DNA of 64,000 nt from Acidobacteriota bacterium (GTDB lineage: Bacteria > Acidobacteriota > UBA4820): NCBI GenBank assembly GCA_029559035.1, contig JAKQCT010000014.1, forward strand, positions 11,520 to 75,519, read 5' to 3'. The position numbers and the translations under genes are program-made. The notes beneath the pieces are model-generated. The model was not told where the DNA came from and did no database searches. It saw nothing but the letters and a program-made list of their open reading frames with translations. Shown here piece after piece: positions 8,740 to 19,500 of the stretch. The stretch's first letter is position 1; every line of letters begins with the position of its first letter.

Positions 8740-10710
8740 ATGAGGAAGAGAATTCTGCTTCTCATTTCCGTTACGCTCCTGGCATTCTCGGGCGTATCGG
8801 CACAGACGAGCCAGTCCGGCCTTGAACAGACGCTCGCCGGGATAACCGCGGAAAAATACCCGGGATCCCCCGCCGTCATAGTTTTGGACGAAACGAAGGT
8901 GGATGTCGAAGATTCGGGGCTTTCCCATGTAAACCGCAGGATGGTGGTGAAGGTCCTCAACGAGGAGGGATGCCTGAGGTATTCCACCTACAGGCTGGAT
9001 TACGACCCGGCTTCCTCGTTCGCCGAGATAAGGTCGATCGAGACGATAAGGGACGGCAAGAGGGAGAAGCTTCCCGCAGGCAGCATCCTCGACCTGCCCC
9101 AGCCCCAGATGATGATCTACTGGGGCCCCAGGATGAAGCTGGCTTCCATCCCGAGGCTCAACCCGGGAGACGCCGTGGAGATCAACACCTACTCCAAGGG
9201 CTTCGTCATCGCGTACCTTACCGCCGGAGAGGCGGCGCGGGACGACGAGAGGTACATCCCCCCCATGAGAGGCCATTATTATGACGTGGTGCTCTTCCAG
9301 GGAGACCTGCCGATCGTCAAGAAAAGCTACGAACTGATCATGCCGAGGGACAAGTTCCTGAACGCCAGGGTATATCACGGCGAGGTCGGCTTCGAGACCT
9401 CCTACGACAAGGAGAAGGTGAGATACCTCTGGTCGAAAGAGAACGTCTCTCCCATCGAGGAAGAACCTAGAATGGTCGAACCCACCGATGTCGCAACAAA
9501 AGTGGTGCTCGCCACTGCGGAAGACTGGCCCGCGAAGTCCAGATGGTTCTACGAGGTGAACGAGAACGCCAAGGCGTTCGAATGGGACGGCGACATCAAG
9601 AAAAAAGTGGACGAGCTGACCTCCGGCCTCGGGACCGACGACGAAAAGCGGAAGGCGCTGCTGGCTTGGGTCGCGAGGGAGATCCGCTATTCCGGGATAT
9701 CCATGGGCAAGGGCGAAGGGTACACCCTTCATCCGGGCACGATGACGTTCAACGACAGGGCGGGCGTCTGCAAGGACATCGCAGGGATGCTCATCACGAT
9801 GCTTAGGTGCGCCGGATACACCACCTATCCCGCCATGACCATGGCCGGCGCCAAGGTCGAGGACGTTCCTGCCGACCAGTTCAACCACTGCGTCGTAGCG
9901 GTCAAGCTCGGGCCAGGGCAGTACAAGCTCTACGACCCCACCTGGTGCCCCTTCAGCCGGGAGGTGTGGTCTTCCGCGGAAAAGCCGCAGAACTATGTCA
10001 TCGGGACTCCCGAGGGCGAAGTTCTCATGGAGACACCTCTAGCTCCTCCTGAGGACAATTTCATCAAGATCGTTTCAACGGGAAGGCTTGATTCCGACGG
10101 AAATCTCGCTGGCAGGATGCACATCACCGGGGGAGCCTACAGCGAAACGAACCTGGTCTGGGCCGTCACTTCTACGGACAAGAACGAGGTGAGGCACGTT
10201 TTCGAGGAGTGGATCCGCAGGATCGCACCCCAGGCGGAACTGGTCTCCTTCGCCAACGAAGATCCCGTGGACGTGGACAAGCCGTTCTTCATCACCCTTG
10301 ATTACAGGGTCCCGGGTTACGCCATCAAGGCCGGCAGGGAACTCCTGTTCAAGTCTCCCGCTGCGCAGAACATCCTTTCGAACAGGCGCCTTACCGACTT
10401 CGTGGCCGCCGTCGAGGGCGACAAGAGGGAACACGACATATACCTCAGGTCCACCAGGAAGTTCATCTTCGAAGAAAAGATCGAGCTTCCCGCCCTCAGG
10501 AAGAATACCGATGCCAACCATCCCGACCCGGTAGACGGCCCTGCCGCGGCTTTCGACGCGAAGGCTTCCTCGTCGGGCAAGTTCTTCGAGCTCAAGGAAA
10601 CATTCTCCGTGAAGAAAAAAATAGTCCCGGCCTCGGATTACGGAAACCTGAAGGAGGCCTACGAAGCAATGAAGGACTTCGGATCCCGCTATTACAGGGC
10701 GGCGTACTAG
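8740..10710 (+). CDS. Secreted DUF3857 and transglutaminase-like (Cys-protease core) domain protein
   Basis: It has a signal peptide (MRKRILLLISVTLLAFSGVSAQ). The transglutaminase core motif NDRAGVCKDIAGMLITMLRCAGY contains the catalytic Cys, and the downstream FNHCVVAV...YDPTW region contains the His and Asp. Confidence 0.7.
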   Translation: MRKRILLLISVTLLAFSGVSAQTSQSGLEQTLAGITAEKYPGSPAVIVLDETKVDVEDSGLSHVNRRMVVKVLNEEGCLRYSTYRLDYDPASSFAEIRSIETIRDGKREKLPAGSILDLPQPQMMIYWGPRMKLASIPRLNPGDAVEINTYSKGFVIAYLTAGEAARDDERYIPPMRGHYYDVVLFQGDLPIVKKSYELIMPRDKFLNARVYHGEVGFETSYDKEKVRYLWSKENVSPIEEEPRMVEPTDVATKVVLATAEDWPAKSRWFYEVNENAKAFEWDGDIKKKVDELTSGLGTDDEKRKALLAWVAREIRYSGISMGKGEGYTLHPGTMTFNDRAGVCKDIAGMLITMLRCAGYTTYPAMTMAGAKVEDVPADQFNHCVVAVKLGPGQYKLYDPTWCPFSREVWSSAEKPQNYVIGTPEGEVLMETPLAPPEDNFIKIVSTGRLDSDGNLAGRMHITGGAYSETNLVWAVTSTDKNEVRHVFEEWIRRIAPQAELVSFANEDPVDVDKPFFITLDYRVPGYAIKAGRELLFKSPAAQNILSNRRLTDFVAAVEGDKREHDIYLRSTRKFIFEEKIELPALRKNTDANHPDPVDGPAAAFDAKASSSGKFFELKETFSVKKKIVPASDYGNLKEAYEAMKDFGSRYYRAAY

Positions 10711-10719
10711 GAGGCGAAG

Positions 10720-12606
10720 ATGAAGAACAACGCTTTGAAAATAATCCTGCTTGTCCTGGCTGCTGCCCTCCTGAGCCTCTCTTTGTCGGCGCAGCCCGTT
10801 TACGGTTCAGCGCCCGGAGCGAGAGAGTATCCTGACGCCGACGTCCTGATCCTTTCGGAAAAGATATCCCTCACCCTCATGCCGGACGGCAGGATCGAGG
10901 AGAGCCGGCACAAGGTTGAAAAGGTCCTCACATACAACGGGATAGACACGATCGGCGACCCCAAGATCGCCTTCGACACGGCGACCCAGGCGCTGGCCAT
11001 TGACAAATGCACGACCTTCAGCCCGGACGGAAGGGTGACCGAGGCGCAGAAGAACAGCTTCACGGAGATGACGCCATTCGAGCTCGAGAAGTCCCCGGAC
11101 CACGTTTCGATAAGGCAGATGGTAGTCACGAAGGTGGGAATGGAACTGGGTTCGGTCGTGGAGTTCGGGTACACGGTAAAAGACACCAAGCCCTGGAGGA
11201 AATACCTGCAGGGAAAGATCCTCGTTCAGAACGAATACCCGACTCTGGTCAAGGAGATCACGATCAGGGTCCCCCGCGGGACCTCCCTGCTGTTGTCGGG
11301 AGGAGTCGCCGTGGAGCGGTCCGACGAATCGGACTTCACGGTGTACAGGGCCGCGCTCAGGGACCTTCCGGCGCTCAACTTCCACGAGTTCGTGAATCAC
11401 GAAGAGTACCTTCACCCCTGTCTTGTCTATTCCACCGCGCCCGGTTGGGCCGCGCAGGCGGCTCATCTCGGCACGATGTTCAGTGAAGCCGCGGGCAAAA
11501 GGTCCGGAGCGATGGAGAAAAAGGCCAAAGAGCTGACCGAGAAAAAGCTTTCCGACAGAGAAAAGGCCCTTTCGATCCACGATTTCGTGACGACGAAGAT
11601 GAGGGCGGTCGATTGGGGGCTTGACGCCTTCGACTATTCAGCCAGGGACGCGTCAAGGGTCTTCGAAACCAGCGGGGGACACAAAATGGACCTCGCCGTG
11701 CTCTTATCGGCGATGCTGGATTCTGTCGGGCTAAAAGCGGAACCATGGCTCGTGATGAACGCCCCGTTCGGCGATGAAGAAGCGAAGATCCCGGCTGTTT
11801 CGCTTTTCGACGATGTCGTCATGACGGTGGGTACCGGGACAGGGACCCTCTTTCTAGGCTCTGATGCTCCCGCTTCGTCGGCATCCCTCAGGGACTGGAC
11901 GGGGTCCAGGGCGCTGAAGATATCGTCTGCCGTATCAGGATTGTCGGTTTTTCCCGCTCTTTCCGAGGGCAATTCGGCGAAATGCGCTTTCTCGCTCGAA
12001 CCCCTGGATGGCGCGGTGGTGCGGGGGACAGGTTCTGTCCTGCTTACAGGAGGCTACGCGAATTACGAATCCGCGAGGACCGGGATCGAAGGAGAGATAA
12101 TCCCATACGTGAAGGGTGCCCTCCCGGACGCGGCCGATATAAAAGTCACCGCCAGGAACATCTCGGCCGACCACCTCGACGCGGAAGTGGAATTCACCGT
12201 TGACCTGAAGAAAGCCGCAGGGAAGACGGGTTTGCATGCCGTCCTGAACACGGGCCTTCCCGGGGCGTCCATCGTGAACTGCAACCATCTTGCGGGCAGG
12301 GAAAAACGAACTTCGCCGATGATCCTCTCGATGACCGGAAATGAAAGCTACGAGATAAGGATGAAGCTCCCCGACTGTTTTGCCGGAGCCGGCAACAGGC
12401 TCGTGTCTTTCAGTCACGACACGCCCGCGCTGAAAGCGTCGCAGGATTTCACCGAAGGGGAAGGAAAGGTCACAGTCAGCTACTCCGTTTCGACTGACCG
12501 GGAGATCATCTCCGCCGGCGACTACGGGAAAGCCAGGCAGGCCGCGCTATCTCTTCTGACGGAGCCGGCTAGGAAGCTGGTCCTCGAGGAGAAAAAAAAG
12601 AAGTAG
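10720..12606 (+). CDS. Secreted DUF3857/DUF3858-family partner protein lacking the catalytic core
   Basis: It has a signal peptide (MKNNALKIILLVLAAALLSLSLSAQ). Its size and composition are like the preceding gene, but it has no Cys-His-Asp core. This is the typical paired arrangement of the family. Confidence 0.55.
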   Translation: MKNNALKIILLVLAAALLSLSLSAQPVYGSAPGAREYPDADVLILSEKISLTLMPDGRIEESRHKVEKVLTYNGIDTIGDPKIAFDTATQALAIDKCTTFSPDGRVTEAQKNSFTEMTPFELEKSPDHVSIRQMVVTKVGMELGSVVEFGYTVKDTKPWRKYLQGKILVQNEYPTLVKEITIRVPRGTSLLLSGGVAVERSDESDFTVYRAALRDLPALNFHEFVNHEEYLHPCLVYSTAPGWAAQAAHLGTMFSEAAGKRSGAMEKKAKELTEKKLSDREKALSIHDFVTTKMRAVDWGLDAFDYSARDASRVFETSGGHKMDLAVLLSAMLDSVGLKAEPWLVMNAPFGDEEAKIPAVSLFDDVVMTVGTGTGTLFLGSDAPASSASLRDWTGSRALKISSAVSGLSVFPALSEGNSAKCAFSLEPLDGAVVRGTGSVLLTGGYANYESARTGIEGEIIPYVKGALPDAADIKVTARNISADHLDAEVEFTVDLKKAAGKTGLHAVLNTGLPGASIVNCNHLAGREKRTSPMILSMTGNESYEIRMKLPDCFAGAGNRLVSFSHDTPALKASQDFTEGEGKVTVSYSVSTDREIISAGDYGKARQAALSLLTEPARKLVLEEKKKK

Positions 12607-12621
12607 GGTCGTTTCCATAAG

Positions 12622-13785
12622 TCATGAACCGACGGATCTTCTGAGGGCGGCTATGTTCTCCAGCCGCCCTCTTATTTCAACTTCCAGGAAATCGGTGCCG
12701 TACTCTTCCCTGAGTACCGTGAAAAGGTTCCTCATCTTCAGGAATTCGATGATCCTTGAGTAGGGGACGGATATCGTCGTTCCTCCGAAACGCTTGTGGA
12801 CTTCGCATGCGATCGCGGCTTTCAACGTTCTTACACCGGAGCCTGTCTTAGCCGAGACCGCCAGTGCCCCGGGGAAAAGCGATAAAGCCCTATCCCTGAA
12901 GGAGGAAGGGGAGATGTCCGTCTTGTTGAGGACGGTGATGGTCGGGATGTCCGCCCCTCCAAGCTCCGACAAAGACTTTAAGACAATATCGCCTTGTTCC
13001 TCGAAATCGGGATGATTGATGTCCAGCACGTGAATGACGAGGTCGCTGACGGCTATCTCTCCGAGCGTGGAGCTGAATGATGCCACGAGGCTGTGGGGAA
13101 GCTTGCGTATGAACCCGACGGTATCTACTAGAAGGACTTCCTGGAGGATCCCGGGAATGTGGACCCTTCTGAAGGTGGTGTCCAGAGTGGCGAAAAGACG
13201 GTTCTCTGAAAAGAGCCTCGAGTTCGTCAGCGCGTTCATGAGGGAAGATTTTCCAACGTTGGTATAGCCGGCGAAAGCCGCGACGAAGGCGTTCTCCCTT
13301 CTCCCGGCCTGCACTTTCCTTCTTTGAGCCAGGTCCGCTATCTCTTCGGAGAGCCTCGATATCCTGGCTCTTATGACGCGCCTGTCGGTTTCCAGCTGGG
13401 TCTCTCCCACGCCCCTGGTGCCGATGCCTCCCGCCTGTCTTGACAGGTGCCCCCACGCTCTCGTCAGCCTGGGAAGAAGGTAGTTGTACTGCGCCAGCGA
13501 GACCTGCGCCTGCGCCTCCCTGGTCCTGGCCCTTTTGGCGAATATGTCGAGGATCAGGCCCGTCCTGTCAAGGATTTTGACGCCTATCGCCTTTTCAAGA
13601 TTCCTGATCTGGGCGGGGGAAAGCTCGTCGTCGAAGACAACGAGCTGGATCTTCTTTTCCCTGCATGTCCCGGCTATCTCGTTCGCTTTTCCCTCGCCTA
13701 TGAAAAAAGCCGGGTCTACCGACTGTTTTCTCTGGATCACCCTTTCTTTTTCATCGGCTCCCGCGGTGTCAGCCAGAAGCGACAA
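12622..13785 (-). CDS. hflX: GTPase HflX
   Basis: The N-terminal domain reads FFIGEGKANEIA...LSPAQIRNLEKAIGVKILDRTGLILDIFAKRARTREAQAQVSLAQ. The G-domain has the P-loop GYTNVGKSSLMNALT, plus DTVGFIRKLPH and NKTD. The track start is TTG. Confidence 0.88.
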   Translation of the reverse strand: MSLLADTAGADEKERVIQRKQSVDPAFFIGEGKANEIAGTCREKKIQLVVFDDELSPAQIRNLEKAIGVKILDRTGLILDIFAKRARTREAQAQVSLAQYNYLLPRLTRAWGHLSRQAGGIGTRGVGETQLETDRRVIRARISRLSEEIADLAQRRKVQAGRRENAFVAAFAGYTNVGKSSLMNALTNSRLFSENRLFATLDTTFRRVHIPGILQEVLLVDTVGFIRKLPHSLVASFSSTLGEIAVSDLVIHVLDINHPDFEEQGDIVLKSLSELGGADIPTITVLNKTDISPSSFRDRALSLFPGALAVSAKTGSGVRTLKAAIACEVHKRFGGTTISVPYSRIIEFLKMRNLFTVLREEYGTDFLEVEIRGRLENIAALRRSVGS

Positions 13786-13865
13786 TTCGTCGAGGTGCTC
13801 TTCAGCTTTGTGGTAGGGTAGATATGGAAGGCTGAGGCCGACAAGAAGGCAGGGAATCCTCGTCT

Positions 13866-14354
13866 TCAGCCTCCGGAGGGAAAGAAATTCCTGAGGTGGT
13901 TGTAGCTCGACTCGAGGTCTTCAGGAATAACCCGGAGCTCTCCGATAACCGTCACGTAATTCGTATCGCCATGCCATCTCGGCAATATGTGGTAGTGCAG
14001 ATGATCCACGATACCAGCGCCAGCGGCCCGACCGAGGTTCATACCGATATTAAGGCCGTCAGGAGAATAGCAGGACCTGATCGCATTCTCACACAAGGCG
14101 ACAGCGTCCGAAAGAGCATGTTGTTCTTCCTTCTCCAGCATGGTGAGCGAGTCTTTGTGGGAATGGGGCACCACAAGAATATGCCCGTTGTTATACGGAT
14201 ATCTGTTGAGCATGACGGCGACGAGTTCGTTCCTGAAGATCACGAGGTTGTCAAAAGAGGGCTGATCTTCGAACGCTCTGCAGAAGACACAGCCCTCTTC
14301 GTTTTTATCCGACTTGATGTATCCCAAACGCCACGGCGCGAAGTTCGTCTCCAA
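13866..14354 (-). CDS. HIT-family (histidine triad) nucleotide hydrolase
   Basis: It has the HIT motif HLHYHILPR and NNGHILVVPHSH. The protein is 162 aa. Confidence 0.85.
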   Translation of the reverse strand: METNFAPWRLGYIKSDKNEEGCVFCRAFEDQPSFDNLVIFRNELVAVMLNRYPYNNGHILVVPHSHKDSLTMLEKEEQHALSDAVALCENAIRSCYSPDGLNIGMNLGRAAGAGIVDHLHYHILPRWHGDTNYVTVIGELRVIPEDLESSYNHLRNFFPSGG

Positions 14355-14364
14355 GCTGCCGTCC

Positions 14365-14646
14365 TCAGCCGTTGATCAGCCCCTTCAGCTCGCTTCCGGG
14401 CTTGAAGTGAGGGATCTTTTTCGCTTCCACGAACACTTTGTCCCCGGTCTTGGGGTTCCTCGCCTGGTGCGATTTTCTTTCCTTCATCTTGAAAGACCCG
14501 AAGCCTCTGAGCTCGACCTTGTCGCCTGTTTCCAGCGCGCTCATTATCGAGGAAAAGACAGTGTTGACGATCAGCTCCGCCTGCTTTTTCGGGATGGAGG
14601 ACCTCTTGGCAACGAGTTCGATGATATCCGCTTTCGTCATCGTCAT
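14365..14646 (-). CDS. ihfB: HU/IHF-family DNA-binding protein, IHF-beta-like, immediately downstream of rpsA as in the proteobacterial rpsA-ihfB arrangement
   Basis: GFGSFKMKERKSHQARNPKTGDKVFVEAKKIPHFKPGSELK matches the IHF/HU arm motif. Its ATG overlaps the rpsA stop as ATGA. Confidence 0.7.
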   Translation of the reverse strand: MTMTKADIIELVAKRSSIPKKQAELIVNTVFSSIMSALETGDKVELRGFGSFKMKERKSHQARNPKTGDKVFVEAKKIPHFKPGSELKGLING

Positions 14647-16409
14647 TCACCATCCTTTTTCTGGAACTGGCTGAGGTCGAAGATGTCGCCCAGGGAGACC
14701 CTGCCGTCCTTGCCGGCCGGCTTGTCGGAACTCTTGGGTTCTTCTTCCACGGGCCGGTTCTCCTTGAGAGAGAGGCCGATCCTCTTTTCGTCCCTGTCCA
14801 TCCTTATGAGCTTGAAGCTGTATGCCTTGCCGACTTCCACCACCTGCGAGGGGTCCTCTATGTGGTCCTCGGACAGCTCGGAGATGTGCACGAGGCCTTC
14901 CACTCCGTCGCCGAGGTCGACGAACGCGCCGAAGTCGACTATCTTCGTGACAGCGCCTTCCACCGACTCGTTGAGGGAATGGGAAGTGAAGAACTTCTCC
15001 CACACGTCGGGAAGCACGTCCTTGATGCTGAGGGAGATCCGCTTGTTGACGACATCGATGTTCGTTATCTTCGCCTCGACCTGGTCGCCCTTCTTGTAGA
15101 GCTCGGAGGGGTGGGCGATCCTTCTCCAGGAGAGGTCGGAAATGTGGACCAGCCCGTCGACGTCGGGAAGGACCTCGATGAACACTCCGAATTCGGTGAT
15201 GTTCTTCACTTTTCCTTCGATTATGTCGCCGACCGCGAAGCTGTCCTTGATGGTTTCCCAGGGATCCTCCTCGATCTGCTTGAGGCCGAGGGATATCCTC
15301 TTGGAATCCTTGTCTATCTGGAGCACGGCGACTTCCACTTCGTCGCCTATGTTAACAAGGCTCGACGGGTTCTTGATCTTTTTCGTCCAAGACATTTCGC
15401 TCACGTGGATCATGCCTTCGATGCCGGGTTCGAGCTCGACGAAAGCGCCGTAGTTGGTGAGGGAGATGACCTTCCCCTTGACCCTGCTTCCCGGGGGGAA
15501 CTTTTCTTCGATGTTGCCCCAGGGGGAAGGCTCGAGCTGTTTCATACCGAGCTGGAGCTTGTTGTTCTCCTCGTCGTAATCGAGGACAAGGACGTCGATC
15601 TCGTCACCGACCTTGAAGAGCTCCGACGGATGAGCGACCCTGCGCCACGACATGTCCGTCACGTGCAGCAGGCCGTCTATCCCGCCGAGGTCCACGAAGA
15701 CGCCGAAGTTCGTTATGTTCTTGACGAACCCCTTGATAGGCTTCTTGGAATCCTTGGCTTCTATGAGGCGGTCCTTCTGGCCCGACATCCTCTCTTCGAG
15801 GAACGCTTTCCTGGAAAGGACTATGTTGCCCCTCTTCCTGTTGACCTTGATGACCTTCATCTCGTATTCCTGGCCGCGCAGGGCGCGCAGGTTCCTCACC
15901 GGCTGTATGTCGGCGAGGGAACCGGGAAGGAAAGCCCTCACTCCCACGTCAACAGCCAGTCCTCCCTTTACCCTGTCGAGGACGACGCCCTTTATGGCGC
16001 GGTTCTCCTTGAAAGCGTTCTCGACTTCTTCCCACGCCTTCATTTTCTGCGCCTTTACCTTCGACAGCACCACGTAGCCGTTCGCGTCCTCCATCCTTTC
16101 CAGGAAGACTTCGATCTGATCGCCGGGCTTGACGAGGATCTCGCCCCGGGGAGTGGTGAACTCCTCGATCGCGATTATGCCCTCGCTCTTGAGGCCGACG
16201 TCCACGAGAACGTCCGTCTCGGTGACGGCCACGACCCTGCCTTTCAGGAGCTGGTGCTCCATCGAATCGGTTGAAGGGATCTCCAGGAACTGCGACATGT
16301 CGATGGGACCCGTCTCGTCGATGTTCGCCGACGTCAGTTCAAGGGGATGGATGGATGCGGAAGTTTTCTTGGACTCCTCTCTGGTGTCCTTTCGTTCCTC
16401 GGAAGTCAT
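14643..16409 (-). CDS. rpsA: 30S ribosomal protein S1 (six S1 domains)
   Basis: The 588-aa protein has repeated S1 OB-fold motifs (GxV...G.FV..G..GL.H.S). Its architecture is canonical for S1. Confidence 0.9.
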   Translation of the reverse strand: MTSEERKDTREESKKTSASIHPLELTSANIDETGPIDMSQFLEIPSTDSMEHQLLKGRVVAVTETDVLVDVGLKSEGIIAIEEFTTPRGEILVKPGDQIEVFLERMEDANGYVVLSKVKAQKMKAWEEVENAFKENRAIKGVVLDRVKGGLAVDVGVRAFLPGSLADIQPVRNLRALRGQEYEMKVIKVNRKRGNIVLSRKAFLEERMSGQKDRLIEAKDSKKPIKGFVKNITNFGVFVDLGGIDGLLHVTDMSWRRVAHPSELFKVGDEIDVLVLDYDEENNKLQLGMKQLEPSPWGNIEEKFPPGSRVKGKVISLTNYGAFVELEPGIEGMIHVSEMSWTKKIKNPSSLVNIGDEVEVAVLQIDKDSKRISLGLKQIEEDPWETIKDSFAVGDIIEGKVKNITEFGVFIEVLPDVDGLVHISDLSWRRIAHPSELYKKGDQVEAKITNIDVVNKRISLSIKDVLPDVWEKFFTSHSLNESVEGAVTKIVDFGAFVDLGDGVEGLVHISELSEDHIEDPSQVVEVGKAYSFKLIRMDRDEKRIGLSLKENRPVEEEPKSSDKPAGKDGRVSLGDIFDLSQFQKKDGE

Positions 16410-16590
16410 AAATTTGTTACCTCCTGTTTCTTCGGATTTTGACCCTCAGGCAGTGCCCTGTGTCGAAACAAATCTACACGAATTGCCTTTGATTGTCAAT
16501 ACCGCTGAAGGCCCGGGAAACCCGCTCCCCGTCCGCGGAGATTGTAAAAACGGCGGTTCCCGTTTAAACTAACGAATCGGAGATGATTCG

Positions 16591-19500
16591 ATGGACCTGA
16601 GGAACTCTCTTGCGGCGTTCGTTCCGAGGACGGTATGGCCCCTCGTGGGCGGCGCCGGGAACGGATCGAGGAAAAGCGGATCGGTACTTTTCGCGGACCT
16701 GGCGGGCTTCACCAGGCTTACCGACAGCCTCGCGAGCATCGGAAAAGAGGGCGCAGAGGAGCTCACCAGGATACTCAACGAATTCTTCTCGTCCATGATC
16801 AAGATAGTCCACGAGGACGGAGGCGACGTCCTCAGGTTCGGCGGCGACGCGATGACGATCTTCATTCCGTCGGGTCCCGGCGAGGCGCTGAAGACTGCCC
16901 TGAGGCTGCAGGCCGAAACGGCGAAGTACGGGGCGGTGGAGACGAGGGCGGGAGTTTTCGCGCTCGGGATGAAAATAGGCGTTTCATGCGGCGACACCGT
17001 GTTCTCGATAGTGGGCGACGGGTCCGTGGGGTTCGACTATTTCGCGGCGGGAAGCGCGCTGGACCTGTCGGCGGAGTGCGAACACCGGGCGGGCCAGGGC
17101 AATATCGTCGTCTGCCCGAGGGCGTCCGAACAAGTCGATTTCAAGGGCCTCAGGACCGTCGCTCTCGAAGGCGGGTTCACACTGGTGGAGGGGCCGGAGA
17201 AAGAAGCGCCGCTGGAAAATGGCCCCGCGCGTTCGGAAGAACTCCGGCCTCCCTCTGAACAGGCGCTCTCGGAGTTCCTTCCGTTCTACATAAAGGACAA
17301 GCTGGAAACGATCGAGTCGCTCCTGGTAGGCGAGCACAGGCGCACGACCGTTCTCTTCCTGAGCTTCAAGGCGACGGATTACGAACACGACCCGTCGGCG
17401 GTGGAAACGGCGCGAGTCGTATACAGGGAGGCGGCCAGGCTCGTAAAGAAGTACGGGGGCTTCATAAACAAGATAGACATGGGCGACAAGGGGAGCAAGG
17501 TCCTGGCCATCTTCGGGAGCCCTCTTGCCGTGGAGCGCCAGGAAGAGATGGGGTGCAGGTGCGCGCTCGACATAGTCTCGAGCCCGGAGCTTTCGGGAAT
17601 AAACGAGAACATCAGGATCGGTCTCACCGTGTCCAGCGTTTTTTCGGCATACGTGGGTTGTCCCGAGAGGCGCGAGTACACGGTCATGGGCAACGGGATA
17701 AATCTGGCTGCGAGGCTGATGGCGGCCTGCGCCCCCGGGTCCGTGCTCGCTTCCGAAGAGGTGTACGAAAAGGCATCGTCGGCGATCGAGTTCGACGTCC
17801 TTCCGCCCATAAACGTCAAGGGCAAGACGGAGAAAGTGGCTGTCTTCGCGCCCACGAGGAAGACCCGGGGGGCGTCCGAGGCATCGGGCTGTTTCGTGGG
17901 GAGAAAGAAGGAACTTTCAGAAGCGCTTGAAGCTTTGAGGACGGGATCAAGCTCGCCGGGCATCGCTGTCACGGGAGCGGCCGGCGTGGGGAAGAGCCTG
18001 TTCCTTTACAGCCTGAAAGACAGGTTGCATGAGGAAGGACTGGAGTGCATCGTCACGAACCTGGCGTCGTACGACCGTGACAAGTACATGGGCGCCTGGC
18101 GGGGGATCATCCTCCATTGTCTCGGTGCCGGGGATGGCGGAAGCGCCCCCGTGCGGGTGGATGCGATCCTCTCCCAGATGAACGAGGAGGACAGGGAGTA
18201 CCTTCCTCTTTTCAACGACATCCTCAACATCGAAGTTCCCGAGAACGCCTCCACGAAAGCGCTTTCGTCGAAAGACAGGAAGGACGTATTCTTCGCCATA
18301 ATCTCCAGGCTCATCCTAAGAAACACCGCGGACGCTCCTCATCGGATCTTCATTGATCACATGGATTACGCAGACCCGAGCTCGGTCGAGTTCCTGGGAG
18401 AGATCGCGACCGACCTCAAGGGGACGCAGTTGAAGATAGCCTTCACTCTCAGGGATTCTGCCTCCCAGCTGCTCAAGGATGCCGCCGAAGGGTTCGGGAC
18501 GCTCCAGCTCGGCCCTTTCAGCGAAGAAGAGGTCAGGTCATTCCTTCTCGACGTAGCCGGATTCGCTCCGCCGACCGAAACATTCGTTTCTTTCCTTCTG
18601 AAGAAGACAGGGGGGAACCCGAAATTCCTGGAAGAGGTCCTCCAGATAATGACGAGGGAACAGCTGGCCTTCAAGGGGCCGTCATCTCTGCTCGAGGTGG
18701 ACGAGGACCACCTTTCGTCAGCGAGCTTTCCCGACACTCTGCAGGGCCTTTTCCTCTCCAGAGTGGAAAGCCTTCCTGAGACCGAAAGGCAGATCCTCAA
18801 AACTGCCTCTATACTCGGCCCTTCCTTCTCGATCCATTCGCTCAGCTCCATTCTGGAAAAACCGGCCGTCGACGTCGCGGACGAAATATCGGCCATGGAA
18901 AGCTCCGGGTTGATAAAGATGGACACTTGGGGCGAGCGGCCGTATGCCTCGTTCACCGACAACCTGCTGAGGGACGCGATCTACGATTCACTGAATTTCC
19001 AGATCAGGAGGGAGATGCACAGAAAGGTGGCAGAATCGCTTGAATCGTTGGGCAGCGAGGAGCCGAGAATAAACCCCGTGCTGGCAAGGCATTTTGAATT
19101 TGCGGGAGAAGAGGAGAAAGCTCTCGGGTATCTCTGGAAATCCGCTGAATTTTCGAGGTCCTTCTACGATAACAGGTCGGCTTTCGATTTTCTCGGAAGG
19201 TTCGTGGCCATCTCGGAAAAGAGGGGAAAGACGCCCTCGGCCGACCGGCAATTCCTTGACGCTCTGATGTATTACGCGGACGTCCAGCAGGAACTCGGAA
19301 GGATACAGGAGGCAGACCTTCTATACAAGAGGATCCTGGACGAGATAAAGGAAGTAAGCCAGGACACGGTGAAGGCCACTTCGAGACTTGCCGACAACAA
19401 GAGGAGGACGGGGGCGGTCAAGGAATCTCTCGAACTATTCGACAAGGCCCTCGACGGAGCTAAACAGCTCAAGGATGAAGCCTTGCAGTGCAGGATCTTC

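Noticed and set aside
14862-16274. A 470-aa plus-strand ORF antisense to rpsA
   Set aside because: It lies completely inside the S1 gene, and its Asp/Leu/Val-rich composition mirrors the S1 codons. It is spurious.
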